A stretch of 64,000 nt of DNA from Leptospira sp. (GTDB lineage Bacteria; Spirochaetota; Leptospiria; Leptospirales; Leptospiraceae): the NCBI GenBank assembly GCA_034439575.1, contig JAWXAQ010000007.1:256001-320000 (forward strand), read 5' to 3'. The translations under genes were made by a program, and so were the position numbers. Within the stretch, counting starts at the first letter, position 1; every line of letters begins with the position of its first letter. Positions 12,699-22,183 of this stretch are shown one piece after another. The notes under the pieces were generated by a model. The model saw only the letters and a program-made list of their open reading frames with translations, was not told the DNA's origin and did not search any database.

Positions 12699-13408
12699 TA
12701 AACTCCTTTTTTATCACCCCAGAGAAACTTATGTAATTGTAATGACAAACGTGTATTAGGTGGATTCGCCACTTTTAACCATTCCACCAGTTCCTTAGCA
12801 TCTAAGTCTTCATGGACTGGTGAAAATAGAATGTTTGTCTCGGGTTTTTTCTCGCTGAGGATTTCCAAACTTCTTTGAAAATCGATTCTATCTCGGATCA
12901 CGAACTTGATTTCGTCAAGAATATTATGTCTCTTTTTAAGAATCTCAAAATTATCAAGATTCATCCTGGATTCCATTCCCGAGCCTGGTAATTTGTAATC
13001 TAAAGTAAAAACTTTTTCGATACCTTCATCAATCTGCTCACTTCCGTTTGTTTCAATTCGTGCGGAAGGGTATGGTAATTTTTTTTGAAGTCTTTGTGTA
13101 AATATTTCAAGGCTTAGTTTTCTTGTTCGAACCCCATTCTCTCCTTCTAATGGTTCGCCACCAGTGAAGAGTATTTGTTTGGCACCTTCAGAATCAAACT
13201 GGGAAATTCTTTTAAGTATTTCAGAATCTGTCATAGATTCACCTTCGTTTGGCCCCAAAGCGTAAGGAGTATCACACCAAAGTTTTCTAGTGCCTACCTT
13301 ACCACATCGCAAACTACAACCAGCAAATCGTATGAATACTGTTGGTATCCCTTGCGAAATTCCTTCACCAGAAATGGATTCGTAGATTTCATGTATTTTA
13401 CCGAACAT
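12698..13408 (-). CDS. queE: 7-carboxy-7-deazaguanine synthase (radical SAM)
   Basis: [43 protein letters not shown]. Confidence 0.88.
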   Translation of the reverse strand: MFGKIHEIYESISGEGISQGIPTVFIRFAGCSLRCGKVGTRKLWCDTPYALGPNEGESMTDSEILKRISQFDSEGAKQILFTGGEPLEGENGVRTRKLSLEIFTQRLQKKLPYPSARIETNGSEQIDEGIEKVFTLDYKLPGSGMESRMNLDNFEILKKRHNILDEIKFVIRDRIDFQRSLEILSEKKPETNILFSPVHEDLDAKELVEWLKVANPPNTRLSLQLHKFLWGDKKGV

Positions 13409-13483
13409 AGTGCCTACTCACTCATCCAGGAAATTAGAAATTGTTCTTGCGGAAAGAGAAATTATTCATAATTTCAGAACGTT

Positions 13484-15130
13484 ATGCAGGTTGAAGGCAA
13501 ATTAGAATACCCTCACATCGTTGAAGGGGAAAAACAACAAAATCACTTACTTTTAAGGCTCAGAACGCCACCTAATCCTGCTTTGACGCAAAGACAGCCG
13601 ATTGTCATTGGCCTTGCGATTGATAAAAGTTGGTCAATGAAAGGTGATAAGATTGAGTCAGTAATTGATGCATCTTGTTCCCTTGTCAATTGGCTTACGA
13701 GACATGATTCACTTTCGATAGTGGCCTATTCAGCTGACGTTCAAGTGATTCAACCATTAACTCACCTAACAGAAAAGATATCTGTCACGGATAGAATTAA
13801 AAATATTCAAGTTGCCACTTCGACAAATTTGAGTGGAGGTTGGTTATCCGCATTACGTTCTATAGAAACCGCAAAAATACCAAATGCATATAAAAGAGTT
13901 ATTTTACTTACGGATGGGAATCCGACATCGGGTATTAAGGAACCTGAAGATTTAATTCAGATTGCAAAAGATCATTTTGTTCGAGGCATATCTACAACAG
14001 CCATTGGGGTCGGAGATGATTTCAATGAAGCTATTTTAATGGAAATAGCAAAAGCAGGCGGTGGCAATTTTTACTTTATCGATAATCCAGAAATGGCCTC
14101 AGATATTTTCTTTCGCGAGTTTGGTGAAATTGGGGCATTGTATGCACAAGCGATTGAGTTAAATCTCGAGTTAGCCCCAGGAGTTCAATTCAAAGAACTG
14201 TTAAATGATTTTTCACATCAAATCACAGAAGAAATTGATGAATTTCAAGGAAATGCTCAGAGTTTAGTTAGACAAAAAATTAATATTCAGTTAGGTGATC
14301 TTCGTTCTGACGACCTCAAAAATATTGTCATTAAACTTGATATAGATGAGTCTTTAAAAAAAATCACAGGCCCTCTTTACCAAGCAAAGGTGAGTTTTTA
14401 TAATTTGCTCAGTCATATGAAATTAGAAAGCATAGACTCTAAGCTAGATATTTCTTATGGAAAATCTAAGGGTAAACAAGATCCTGATGTACTCGTTGAA
14501 ATCATAATTGCGAATACTGCAAAAGGGATTAATAAAATAACGGATTCAGTAAAATTAGGAAATCTTGAAGAAGCACGAACTTTCCTATTTGGATTGATTC
14601 AAGATGTAGAAACAAACAAACAATATTCTCCCAATGCGCTTGGTTCATTACTGACAAGGTTACTAGCAATGGACGCTAAAATTCAGGAAAAAGCAAATAA
14701 TCTCACTAAGCACTTGTTTGCTGGTTCATCATTTATTGCCCGGGGTCCAGAAAAGATAGATCTCAAAGGCGTTCAAGTTCATGATGAGATTTTTGAATTT
14801 AAGACCGAAGGTGATATAGATCTTTATAAATGTCCCGAAATTAAAGCGATAGTTGAGAAAAAGTTAGAAGAAGGATATCGTTACATGATTTTTGATCTAG
14901 GTCCAACATCTCATATAGATTCATCGGCAATAGGAACTTTGATTCAAATAGTGGGTTGGTTACGAAGAAGAGGCGGAGAATTTGTAACTGCTAATATTCG
15001 TGATTCGGTTAAAAAGGTTTTTGAAATTACCAGGTTATACAATCATATTCGTGTAGCTGAATCTTTAGAAGAAGCCAGGGAAACTTTACAGAGAATTATT
15101 TATGCAAAAGAAGGGGAAGAGAATAGTTAA
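13484..15130 (+). CDS. vWA-domain protein fused to C-terminal STAS (anti-sigma antagonist-like) domain
   Basis: MIDAS DKSWS, TNLSGG, LLTDG; C-terminal GDID...IFDL..TSHIDSSAIG...VKKVFEITRL. Confidence 0.85.
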   Translation: MQVEGKLEYPHIVEGEKQQNHLLLRLRTPPNPALTQRQPIVIGLAIDKSWSMKGDKIESVIDASCSLVNWLTRHDSLSIVAYSADVQVIQPLTHLTEKISVTDRIKNIQVATSTNLSGGWLSALRSIETAKIPNAYKRVILLTDGNPTSGIKEPEDLIQIAKDHFVRGISTTAIGVGDDFNEAILMEIAKAGGGNFYFIDNPEMASDIFFREFGEIGALYAQAIELNLELAPGVQFKELLNDFSHQITEEIDEFQGNAQSLVRQKINIQLGDLRSDDLKNIVIKLDIDESLKKITGPLYQAKVSFYNLLSHMKLESIDSKLDISYGKSKGKQDPDVLVEIIIANTAKGINKITDSVKLGNLEEARTFLFGLIQDVETNKQYSPNALGSLLTRLLAMDAKIQEKANNLTKHLFAGSSFIARGPEKIDLKGVQVHDEIFEFKTEGDIDLYKCPEIKAIVEKKLEEGYRYMIFDLGPTSHIDSSAIGTLIQIVGWLRRRGGEFVTANIRDSVKKVFEITRLYNHIRVAESLEEARETLQRIIYAKEGEENS

Positions 15131-15135
15131 CCTAA

Positions 15136-15357
15136 TTAGGCTAACCAGCGTTCTGCTTCTTCGATAGCTTCTTTTAATTCTGCAACAATCGATGGAGATA
15201 GTGCGATACCTTTTTGTGTAGGTTTGAATTCTCCATTCGCATCAGTGTACCATACTCTGATATTAAAAAGTGTCTGCCCTTTATATTCTGAGATTTCAAC
15301 TCTGACAATCTCTCCTCTGCCTTTATCGATATCTTTTATAATTCCAGTTTTTGCCAT
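15136..15357 (-). CDS. PC4/YdbC family ssDNA-binding protein
   Basis: [16 protein letters not shown]....KPTQKGIAL. Confidence 0.88.
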   Translation of the reverse strand: MAKTGIIKDIDKGRGEIVRVEISEYKGQTLFNIRVWYTDANGEFKPTQKGIALSPSIVAELKEAIEEAERWLA

Positions 15358-15359
15358 GT

Positions 15360-16283
15360 TTAATAAGTCTCCACAAACAGCTGATCTTTGGCTTCTAATG
15401 ATTTCTTAAATTCATCGTATGGCAAGGATGTTTTTAATGCGGTCATCAATTCTTCAATGACACCTTTTTCCATTCCCTTCGGTCCACCGCAAATGTAAAC
15501 TTTCCCATTTTGAGAAATGGATTCCGAGAGAATGTCTTTAATTTCCCGAAGTCTATGAGAAATATAAAGTTTTCCTCCATCAAAACTATTCTTTTCTTCT
15601 CGGCTAATGGCCGTTATGAATTTAAAATTCTTATGATTTTTTGCTTTTTCCTCAAAATATTCTCGCAGAACAATTTCGTCTGAATAAGGCGCACCATAAA
15701 TAAGGTAAATATTTCCTTGGAAATTGATTAATTTATGTTCTAAAAGTTCTTCCACCATACCAAAGAAAGGTGCAACTCCAGTACCAGTGGCACAAAAAAA
15801 TAAGTCTCCACTAAAATCTTCTTGGGGAAGTATAAATTTTTTACCGGCAGGACCCGTCATGACGACTTCCTCACCAGGTTTTAAATCACACATATAATTG
15901 GAGCAAACACCTTTATGAAGTAGATTTCCCAAATCATCATAAATATTATCTCTTTTGATAATAAATTCGATATTGTCTTTGGTTTTCCCAAAGCTAAATG
16001 AAGGAGAGGCAATGGAGTAGAGTCGAATGGTATAACTTGGATCTGGAGAACCCTTTTCGAGCTTGGCTGGATCATTTCCTGGCGGGATGACGCCAGCACT
16101 TTGTCCAATGATATAAGGATAGGTATCGTGATTTAGGGAAATCGTTATACGATGAATGGCAGATTCACCTTCCGATTTTGGCCGCTTGGTCAAACCAGGT
16201 TCTGGGGTTAAACGGACGTTGGATATGACCTTTCCAAGGATAGGATTGGATTTTTTGAATAAATTGATCTGGGGACTTAGCAA
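15360..16283 (-). CDS. Ferredoxin-NADP+ reductase, plastidic type
   Basis: [29 protein letters not shown]-terminal ETY. Confidence 0.92.
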   Translation of the reverse strand: MLSPQINLFKKSNPILGKVISNVRLTPEPGLTKRPKSEGESAIHRITISLNHDTYPYIIGQSAGVIPPGNDPAKLEKGSPDPSYTIRLYSIASPSFSFGKTKDNIEFIIKRDNIYDDLGNLLHKGVCSNYMCDLKPGEEVVMTGPAGKKFILPQEDFSGDLFFCATGTGVAPFFGMVEELLEHKLINFQGNIYLIYGAPYSDEIVLREYFEEKAKNHKNFKFITAISREEKNSFDGGKLYISHRLREIKDILSESISQNGKVYICGGPKGMEKGVIEELMTALKTSLPYDEFKKSLEAKDQLFVETY

Positions 16284-16390
16284 TGTCTTCCTCTGAAGGT
16301 AAGGTTTTTGGGCAAGGAGATCGAGTCAATGAAAGGAAAACACATGGTTCCCCAAGTTTCACTTTTTCCTAAAAAAATTATGTCTCTTGA

Positions 16391-16418
16391 TTGACTGTAA
16401 AAATACATTTTTTAGTCT
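16391..16418 (+). promoter_or_regulatory. Candidate sigma70 promoter for the 16476-17972 genes
   Basis: TTGACT-N16-TAGTCT in the divergent intergenic region. Confidence 0.35.
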
Positions 16419-16475
16419 TTAGTCATTCCAGGCGGCGAGCCGATTTTCAAAGTATCCTTATCTAGAGAGAATTAC

Positions 16476-16697
16476 ATGCTGTCTTACGAACAAAATAATT
16501 TAAAATCCGAGCCTGCAATCATACCGACATCCCAACTTAACCGAAAACTAGAATCCTTTACCAATGACTTTCTCGCTAGACTTAAGAAAGAAGAAAAAAC
16601 TAGAGATGTTTCCTGGCAGGTGATTGATTTGCAAGGTAAAGTATTGGCAAGCGGTGCGAGTCCCATTCATGACAAACATTCGGAATTTTTATTTTAA
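16476..16697 (+). CDS. Small hypothetical protein
   Basis: 73-aa ORF with purine-rich SD-like AGAGAG; ends 4 nt before the next start. Confidence 0.55.
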   Translation: MLSYEQNNLKSEPAIIPTSQLNRKLESFTNDFLARLKKEEKTRDVSWQVIDLQGKVLASGASPIHDKHSEFLF

Positions 16698-16701
16698 TCA
16701 A

Positions 16702-17196
16702 ATGAAACGCATTCTTTTCGCTACATTCATACTATTATATCTAATATCTTTCAGTTCCAATGCATTTGCTAAGGGTTATGGAATGGCAGGATGTGGACTC
16801 GGTTCCTTGATCCCAGCTTGGAAAAATGATATTACACAAGTGTTAGCTGCTACAACAAATGGTTCCTCCTCTAACCAAACTTTTGGAATCACATCGGGAA
16901 CTTTAAACTGCACAGATGACGGAATTGTAAAAGCAGAAAAAGCCCAAGAAGTTTTTGTACATTATAATCAAACAGGTTTAGAAAATGAATTTTCTAAGGG
17001 CGAAGGAGAAAGGTTAGATGCCATAGCATCTCTCTTAGGTTGTCCAACGCATGGTAAACAAATTGGCTCCCTTTCGAAAAAGAATTTCGATAAGATTGTA
17101 ACAACTGAAACTAGAAAAAATTCCTCTATGTTATTAATTGCACTCAAAAAAGAAATTAGTAAAGATCCAGAATTGAGTTTAGCCTGTAATTTTTGA
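16702..17196 (+). CDS. DUF3015 family exported protein (start re-called to ATG at 16702)
   Basis: Signal peptide to AFA; GMAGCGLGS, ATTNGSSSNQTFGITSGTLNC, GEGERL...LLGC. Confidence 0.85.
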   Translation: MKRILFATFILLYLISFSSNAFAKGYGMAGCGLGSLIPAWKNDITQVLAATTNGSSSNQTFGITSGTLNCTDDGIVKAEKAQEVFVHYNQTGLENEFSKGEGERLDAIASLLGCPTHGKQIGSLSKKNFDKIVTTETRKNSSMLLIALKKEISKDPELSLACNF

Positions 17197-17972
17197 TTCG
17201 ACACAAACAAACAATATTCATATTTATTGTTTGCATTTTCACAACAGCCACCTTAGCTCAGTCGCAAGATACAAATCCACATCCCCCACAAAGGTTATCA
17301 ACTGGAATAGGTTACTCTTCCTTGGGAAGTTTTGTAGAATTTCAATATCGATTGAATTCACACGATTTACTAAATCAGGACAAAGGGTACATTCCATTTT
17401 CTGAATATGGAAAACTAAATACCAGTATTCGCTATTATAGCGAAAAGAATTATTTAGAAATAAATAAACTCAGCATCCTGAAAATGTTATCTTTATCAAA
17501 TTATAGGTCTTTAACAGAAACAAAAAGTTATGGTTTTGATTTGGGTTTAGAAAGTGTAAATGTATATGAAAAAGACAATAAATTTAGTTTTAATGAGCGT
17601 GAACAAAAAAGAATTACTCCCTTGAATAATGAGGTCCTTGCGGGATATTCTTTTCAGAACAATTCTAATCAGACACATTCAAATTATAACTTTTCGATAT
17701 TAACGGGAATCAAATCACAAGTTCATCCAGCTTTTAATGATTTTTTCAGGTTTGGTCCACAAATTGCCCTAAATTTTATATATGATCTTGGAAAGTTCAA
17801 AATAAATTTTTTATCTTCATTTCAATATTATAATATATCAAATAATCAGAATGATCATTTGAATTCACTAAAACTCAGATATTCTTTGTCATTTAACCAA
17901 GAAATAAGATTCGAAATATCCAAATTTTATCTAGGACATGAAGCTTTGATCTCTTACTTATATATGTTTTAA
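17193..17972 (+). CDS. Exported beta-strand-rich protein resembling the C-terminal barrel of DUF4105 proteins
   Basis: TTG start overlapping DUF3015 stop; signal peptide; HPPQRL.TGIG...R...HDLL....GY; terminal Phe. Confidence 0.55.
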   Translation: MIRHKQTIFIFIVCIFTTATLAQSQDTNPHPPQRLSTGIGYSSLGSFVEFQYRLNSHDLLNQDKGYIPFSEYGKLNTSIRYYSEKNYLEINKLSILKMLSLSNYRSLTETKSYGFDLGLESVNVYEKDNKFSFNEREQKRITPLNNEVLAGYSFQNNSNQTHSNYNFSILTGIKSQVHPAFNDFFRFGPQIALNFIYDLGKFKINFLSSFQYYNISNNQNDHLNSLKLRYSLSFNQEIRFEISKFYLGHEALISYLYMF

Positions 17973-18610
17973 TCTGAAAAAATAATTCTAGAAATTTCTG
18001 AATTATATCTGTATGCGGTCTCAGTTGAATTTAGAAAACCATAAGCACCTAACTCAAATATAAATGATGCAGTAATTCCATATCCGCCATCTATATATTT
18101 ATCACAGCCCTTTTTATTTGCGGGTGAAATTTTTAAATCTCTTGGATTTAAAAATCTAAAATCATCTGGACAAGCAATATGAGCATAAGTCTTTCCATCG
18201 GCATGTCGTGCTTCATGTAAAATAACTAGGAATCGATCCAGTTTATTTAATTGAAAAAATTGTTTTCCGAGAACTACTTCGCCATTTTGATAATAAGCGA
18301 TGAAGTCACCTGTTGAGCCTGCCGTAAAAGATTTGATTCTTGATTGAACCCAAATTTTCATTTTTTTTCCTGAAAATGGGAAGTTAAATATTTCTTCGAA
18401 GTTCGAATAACGAGTGTATGTTTTTTTATCAATTTTTAATTTTTTCGGTTCAAGAGATTCTACAAATTTGAAAGTGTCTTTCAGTATACGAGTTTCTTTT
18501 TGGCTGAGATGATTTTCTTGAGAGTAGAGAAAATAAGAAGGATATGAATAAATTATAATAAAGTATATAAAAAAGTTAATGAATTTAAAATTGAGCTTGG
18601 ATTCCTCCAT
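17969..18610 (-). CDS. Hypothetical exported protein with HEXXH zinc-metallopeptidase motif (start uncertain)
   Basis: [11 protein letters not shown] plus a further His and two Cys; hydrophobic N-terminal segment; overlaps receptor 3' end. Confidence 0.6.
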   Translation of the reverse strand: MEESKLNFKFINFFIYFIIIYSYPSYFLYSQENHLSQKETRILKDTFKFVESLEPKKLKIDKKTYTRYSNFEEIFNFPFSGKKMKIWVQSRIKSFTAGSTGDFIAYYQNGEVVLGKQFFQLNKLDRFLVILHEARHADGKTYAHIACPDDFRFLNPRDLKISPANKKGCDKYIDGGYGITASFIFELGAYGFLNSTETAYRYNSEISRIIFSD

Positions 18611-20702
18611 AGTAGAATCTGGGTCTGATTGGATTGTATGTGAGTTCATACTTATCGAGTAAATTATCTATGCCTATAAAAAGGGACATCCTTCCTTCGA
18701 AAAACTTTTTTTCTAATCTTAAGTTAATTAAAGCAAATTCTTTTCCATATATAACTCGATTCGGATTTGAATATGGGTCTTCTTGGTTCTCTAAAAGTGT
18801 AGTACTTGCCCCAGCAAAAGCATTAGTACTGGAATAAAAAGGTCTTTTGCCAATCCATTTCGTACGAATTGCAAATTCCCATCCATATGGCGCATTTAAA
18901 TAAAGGTTTGTTGTCGCTTGGTGCATGGGACGACCTTCTAAAGGTCTATCGGATGTTAGATCTCGCGTTTCAGTATAATTATAACCTAGTTCAAATGCTG
19001 TGTATGTAAACAATTTTGTTCGCATTCCCAATTCCCCGCCTCTAGTATATGCCTCTTTAATGTTTGTTAATTGGAAAGAGGCGTATTCGGAGGAGCTTGT
19101 GCCGTAATTGTATTGAATAAGGTCAGAGATTACATTTCTAAATAGGCTAAATGAAAAACTTAAATTTTTATAAGGATTGTATTCTATGTCGGTATTCATC
19201 GTCCGAGATTTTTCTGGTCTTAATCTTGGATTTCCATCTACAACATATCCTACTCCCGGATTTTCAAATCTTAAGTATAATTCTTGAAAGCTAGGTGGGC
19301 GGAATCCAAACCCATAACTAGCACGCAAAATAACTTGTGATGATAGATCGATTCTAGTCGCAATTTTTGGAGTAGTTTGACCACCAAACTGCGAATCTAC
19401 GTCATGTCGGATGCCTGGAATGATACGCCATACGATTCCATTTTTATATGCCATCCATTCATCTTGTAGGAATACAGCTCTTCTCGTTCTATAAGCAAAT
19501 CTTTGAGTGAGCCGATCCGATTCTAATTCGTTGGCATATGATTCTACTCCAAGAGTCATCATATGTTTATCTGTTAATTCATGGTCTAATTGTAATGTTC
19601 CTTGAGAGGATTGATCATTGGTTAGCTCTTTGGTATCTAATTCATCAGAGCCCCTTTGGTTTAGAGTGTATTTATTCTCCCACCTAGCATAGTTTCCGCG
19701 AAAAGATACCATATTGCGTTTGCCATATGAATATTCCATTGCTCCAAGCCCTAAAAAATCATTTGTAGCATTTGATCTGTCAAATAATCCACCTGATGCT
19801 TGTGAAATGACACCTTGTTGGAATCGGCTTAGATAAAAAACTCCTGTTTTAACGCGAAATTGGCCATCGGGATTAAATGTCATATTGCCACCAACATTTG
19901 AATCCTGAAATGCATTGCCAGTTGTGGATTTTGTACTAGGATCTAAATCATATCCACCAGATTGATTATAACCACCGTTAAAGTTAGCAGCAACAAAATT
20001 ATTGCGAAAGCCTACATCGGCGATCATATTTTTCTCGCCTTGTGTTCCAAAGTGAATCGTTCGTCCATTCCCATATGTTGTTCTAAATTGGTAATGTTCT
20101 GGTTTTTCTGACTGTCTGGTAATGATGTTAATTACACCGCCAATCGCATCTGCACCGTAAAGAGCCGAGGATGATCCTTTAACAATCTCTATACGTTCAA
20201 TATTCTGAACTTTGAATCTTGTTAGATCTACAGTATTGTTTAAGCGACCTGCTATTCTTTGTCCATCTACTAAAAACAATACATACTTTGAATCAAGACC
20301 GAGCATTTGAACTTGAGATCCACCTAATGCATTTGGTGTAACATTAAGTCCTAATTGGGTTTCTAATACTTCACCTAAGTTTCGTGCGCCAGTTTGTTCA
20401 ATACGTTTACGGGATATCACTTCGGTGGTGACAGTTGAATCTTTTAAACGTCTTTCACCACGGGAACCTGTAACAACAATTCCATTCTGATTGTCTAAAT
20501 CTTTGAACCTATCTTCTTCAACTTGCTTCGATTCTTCTTTTTTCTCTTCGATTTTATCTTCAGGTTTCTGAGTTTCCTCTGCGACTTGCACTTCTTCTTT
20601 GGGTTTTTCAGATGTTTTAATCTGTTGTTTTGGTTTTGTTTGGGAAAATAAAACAGAAGTAATTAAGAATGAAATTAAAATGAAATATAAATTTCGAGTC
20701 AT
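18585..20702 (-). CDS. TonB-dependent outer-membrane receptor (HbpA-like heme/iron receptor)
   Basis: IVVTGSR, plug motifs LVDG and [32 protein letters not shown]...NPRL (FRAP/NPNL-like), C-terminal Phe. Confidence 0.92.
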   Translation of the reverse strand: MTRNLYFILISFLITSVLFSQTKPKQQIKTSEKPKEEVQVAEETQKPEDKIEEKKEESKQVEEDRFKDLDNQNGIVVTGSRGERRLKDSTVTTEVISRKRIEQTGARNLGEVLETQLGLNVTPNALGGSQVQMLGLDSKYVLFLVDGQRIAGRLNNTVDLTRFKVQNIERIEIVKGSSSALYGADAIGGVINIITRQSEKPEHYQFRTTYGNGRTIHFGTQGEKNMIADVGFRNNFVAANFNGGYNQSGGYDLDPSTKSTTGNAFQDSNVGGNMTFNPDGQFRVKTGVFYLSRFQQGVISQASGGLFDRSNATNDFLGLGAMEYSYGKRNMVSFRGNYARWENKYTLNQRGSDELDTKELTNDQSSQGTLQLDHELTDKHMMTLGVESYANELESDRLTQRFAYRTRRAVFLQDEWMAYKNGIVWRIIPGIRHDVDSQFGGQTTPKIATRIDLSSQVILRASYGFGFRPPSFQELYLRFENPGVGYVVDGNPRLRPEKSRTMNTDIEYNPYKNLSFSFSLFRNVISDLIQYNYGTSSSEYASFQLTNIKEAYTRGGELGMRTKLFTYTAFELGYNYTETRDLTSDRPLEGRPMHQATTNLYLNAPYGWEFAIRTKWIGKRPFYSSTNAFAGASTTLLENQEDPYSNPNRVIYGKEFALINLRLEKKFFEGRMSLFIGIDNLLDKYELTYNPIRPRFYYGGIQAQF

Positions 20703-20708
20703 TCGGTA

Positions 20709-21374
20709 TTATGGCAATTTTTTCCAGCGGATAGTCGGATAACCAGAAGTTCCAGCTTCGCTATAGTAGGATTCGATTTTTATAGCAAAGTATTGATTTC
20801 CATATCCACTTCTAATAATATAGATGAGACCCTTAGTTGTTAGATTGCCAATTTGATAGTTAAACCAATCGGTAAGTAAACTACTTCCGATAAAATCACC
20901 GACAGTCCCTCCAACCCCTTGCGTACTCGATTTGCCATCCACTGAAAAATTTCCGTCAAGACAACCTTGGTCATTTTTACTGATATTGCCAGCAGAACCT
21001 ACATTTGTTTGCGTGGATTGGCAGACTCCCCCATTGCCAGAAGAATTCGTAGATCCACTGTTAGTTGCAATTTTGTATCGATTGAACGCTATATCCCAAC
21101 TGGTACTAGATGCAAGTGATGCTGGTATTTGCGAATTTGTTTGAAGACTAAAATAAATATAGAAGTCTTGATTTGTACTGTTGATTCGTGTGACAGTAGT
21201 TCCCTCTATATCGGCCCTTGAATAAACAATTTTATCCAAAGCGTTGGGATCATTCGCCTTGAGTAAATTTAGTGCATAGGCGTTAAGAAATTGGGTGCGG
21301 TCAGAAACACTTTCGTTCTGTCTTGCGCACCCAATGAGAGTAAGGATTCCTATAATGATAGAAATTACTCTCAT
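20709..21374 (-). CDS. HmuY-family lipoprotein
   Basis: Lipobox LIGC; YFSL, WDIAFNRYKIATNSG, YIIRS...YFAIKIESYY...SGYPTIRW; next to TonB receptor. Confidence 0.85.
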   Translation of the reverse strand: MRVISIIIGILTLIGCARQNESVSDRTQFLNAYALNLLKANDPNALDKIVYSRADIEGTTVTRINSTNQDFYIYFSLQTNSQIPASLASSTSWDIAFNRYKIATNSGSTNSSGNGGVCQSTQTNVGSAGNISKNDQGCLDGNFSVDGKSSTQGVGGTVGDFIGSSLLTDWFNYQIGNLTTKGLIYIIRSGYGNQYFAIKIESYYSEAGTSGYPTIRWKKLP

Positions 21375-21382
21375 GATCTTTC

Positions 21383-21943
21383 TTAAGGGGATACTACATA
21401 TCCAACAGTCGCTGCTTGGCCACGCGATGGAATCGCATAAAAGAAATAGTAATAAGTGCCAGCTGTAGCAATGACTGTTGTCGCTGAAGTGACGAGTTTA
21501 TGTGAAGTTGCAAATTCAGAAGTGGAATCAGCTGCCGTTGTCGTAAATCCAGAATTGTATGTGAGGGCTCCACTTGCAGGAAGAGGACAAGCATCCGCTT
21601 TATACAAAATTCCAAATGCATTTCCAGTCAATGTGATGGTCGTCGCTGCCGTAACGGTGAATTTTAATGCTGCAGTTTGATGGCCAACAATGGGAACTGT
21701 ACCGAGTTTGGAAATCGTCCCTGTTTTAGAAACACCAGAAACTGTTAAATCCGTAGTATTTGTAGTAATAGAACCTCTCCCTGTCGTATTCACTACACAA
21801 TCGCCAGAAGTGGTCGTCGCTGCCGCTAAAAGTAATGCTAAAGTCGCATCATCGTTTTCTTCTTCTTTTTTGCAATTAGTCAATGAAAGCCCAATGATTA
21901 GTAACATAGCTGAAATTTTTAATGAGAATTTGAAAGGGGTCAT
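21383..21943 (-). CDS. Lipoprotein, first gene of the HmuY/TonB-receptor operon
   Basis: Lipobox LTNC, Leptospira-typical DDATLALLLAAA tether, Thr-rich beta domain. Confidence 0.75.
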   Translation of the reverse strand: MTPFKFSLKISAMLLIIGLSLTNCKKEEENDDATLALLLAAATTTSGDCVVNTTGRGSITTNTTDLTVSGVSKTGTISKLGTVPIVGHQTAALKFTVTAATTITLTGNAFGILYKADACPLPASGALTYNSGFTTTAADSTSEFATSHKLVTSATTVIATAGTYYYFFYAIPSRGQAATVGYVVSP

Positions 21944-21980
21944 GGTGATTTTCCTTGTAATATATCCAAACTTTTGACTT

Positions 21981-21999
21981 GAGACTGAGAATCAATAGC
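21981..21999. promoter_or_regulatory. Putative Fur-family operator
   Basis: GAGACTGAGAATCAATAGC matches 14/19 of GATAATGATAATCATTATC, about 40 nt upstream of the iron-uptake operon. Confidence 0.6.
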
Positions 22000-22183
22000 A
22001 AATTTTAAAATTTACTATTTTTCCGAAACGGAAACACAACCGTGACACTTCTTTCCATTTACTATTCCACTTGGTCATTTAACAGTTGGTAGTTCCTTCT
22101 CTTGATAAAATTTGGTACTTAAGCGGAGAGTAAAAAAAATCAATTGTAATGAAAAGGATTTTTCGTCTATTTATTCTTAACAT

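Noticed and set aside
9855..13408. Complete dpd or other defence island
   Set aside because: No dpdA/B/C, methyltransferase or nuclease nearby; only queE and a helicase
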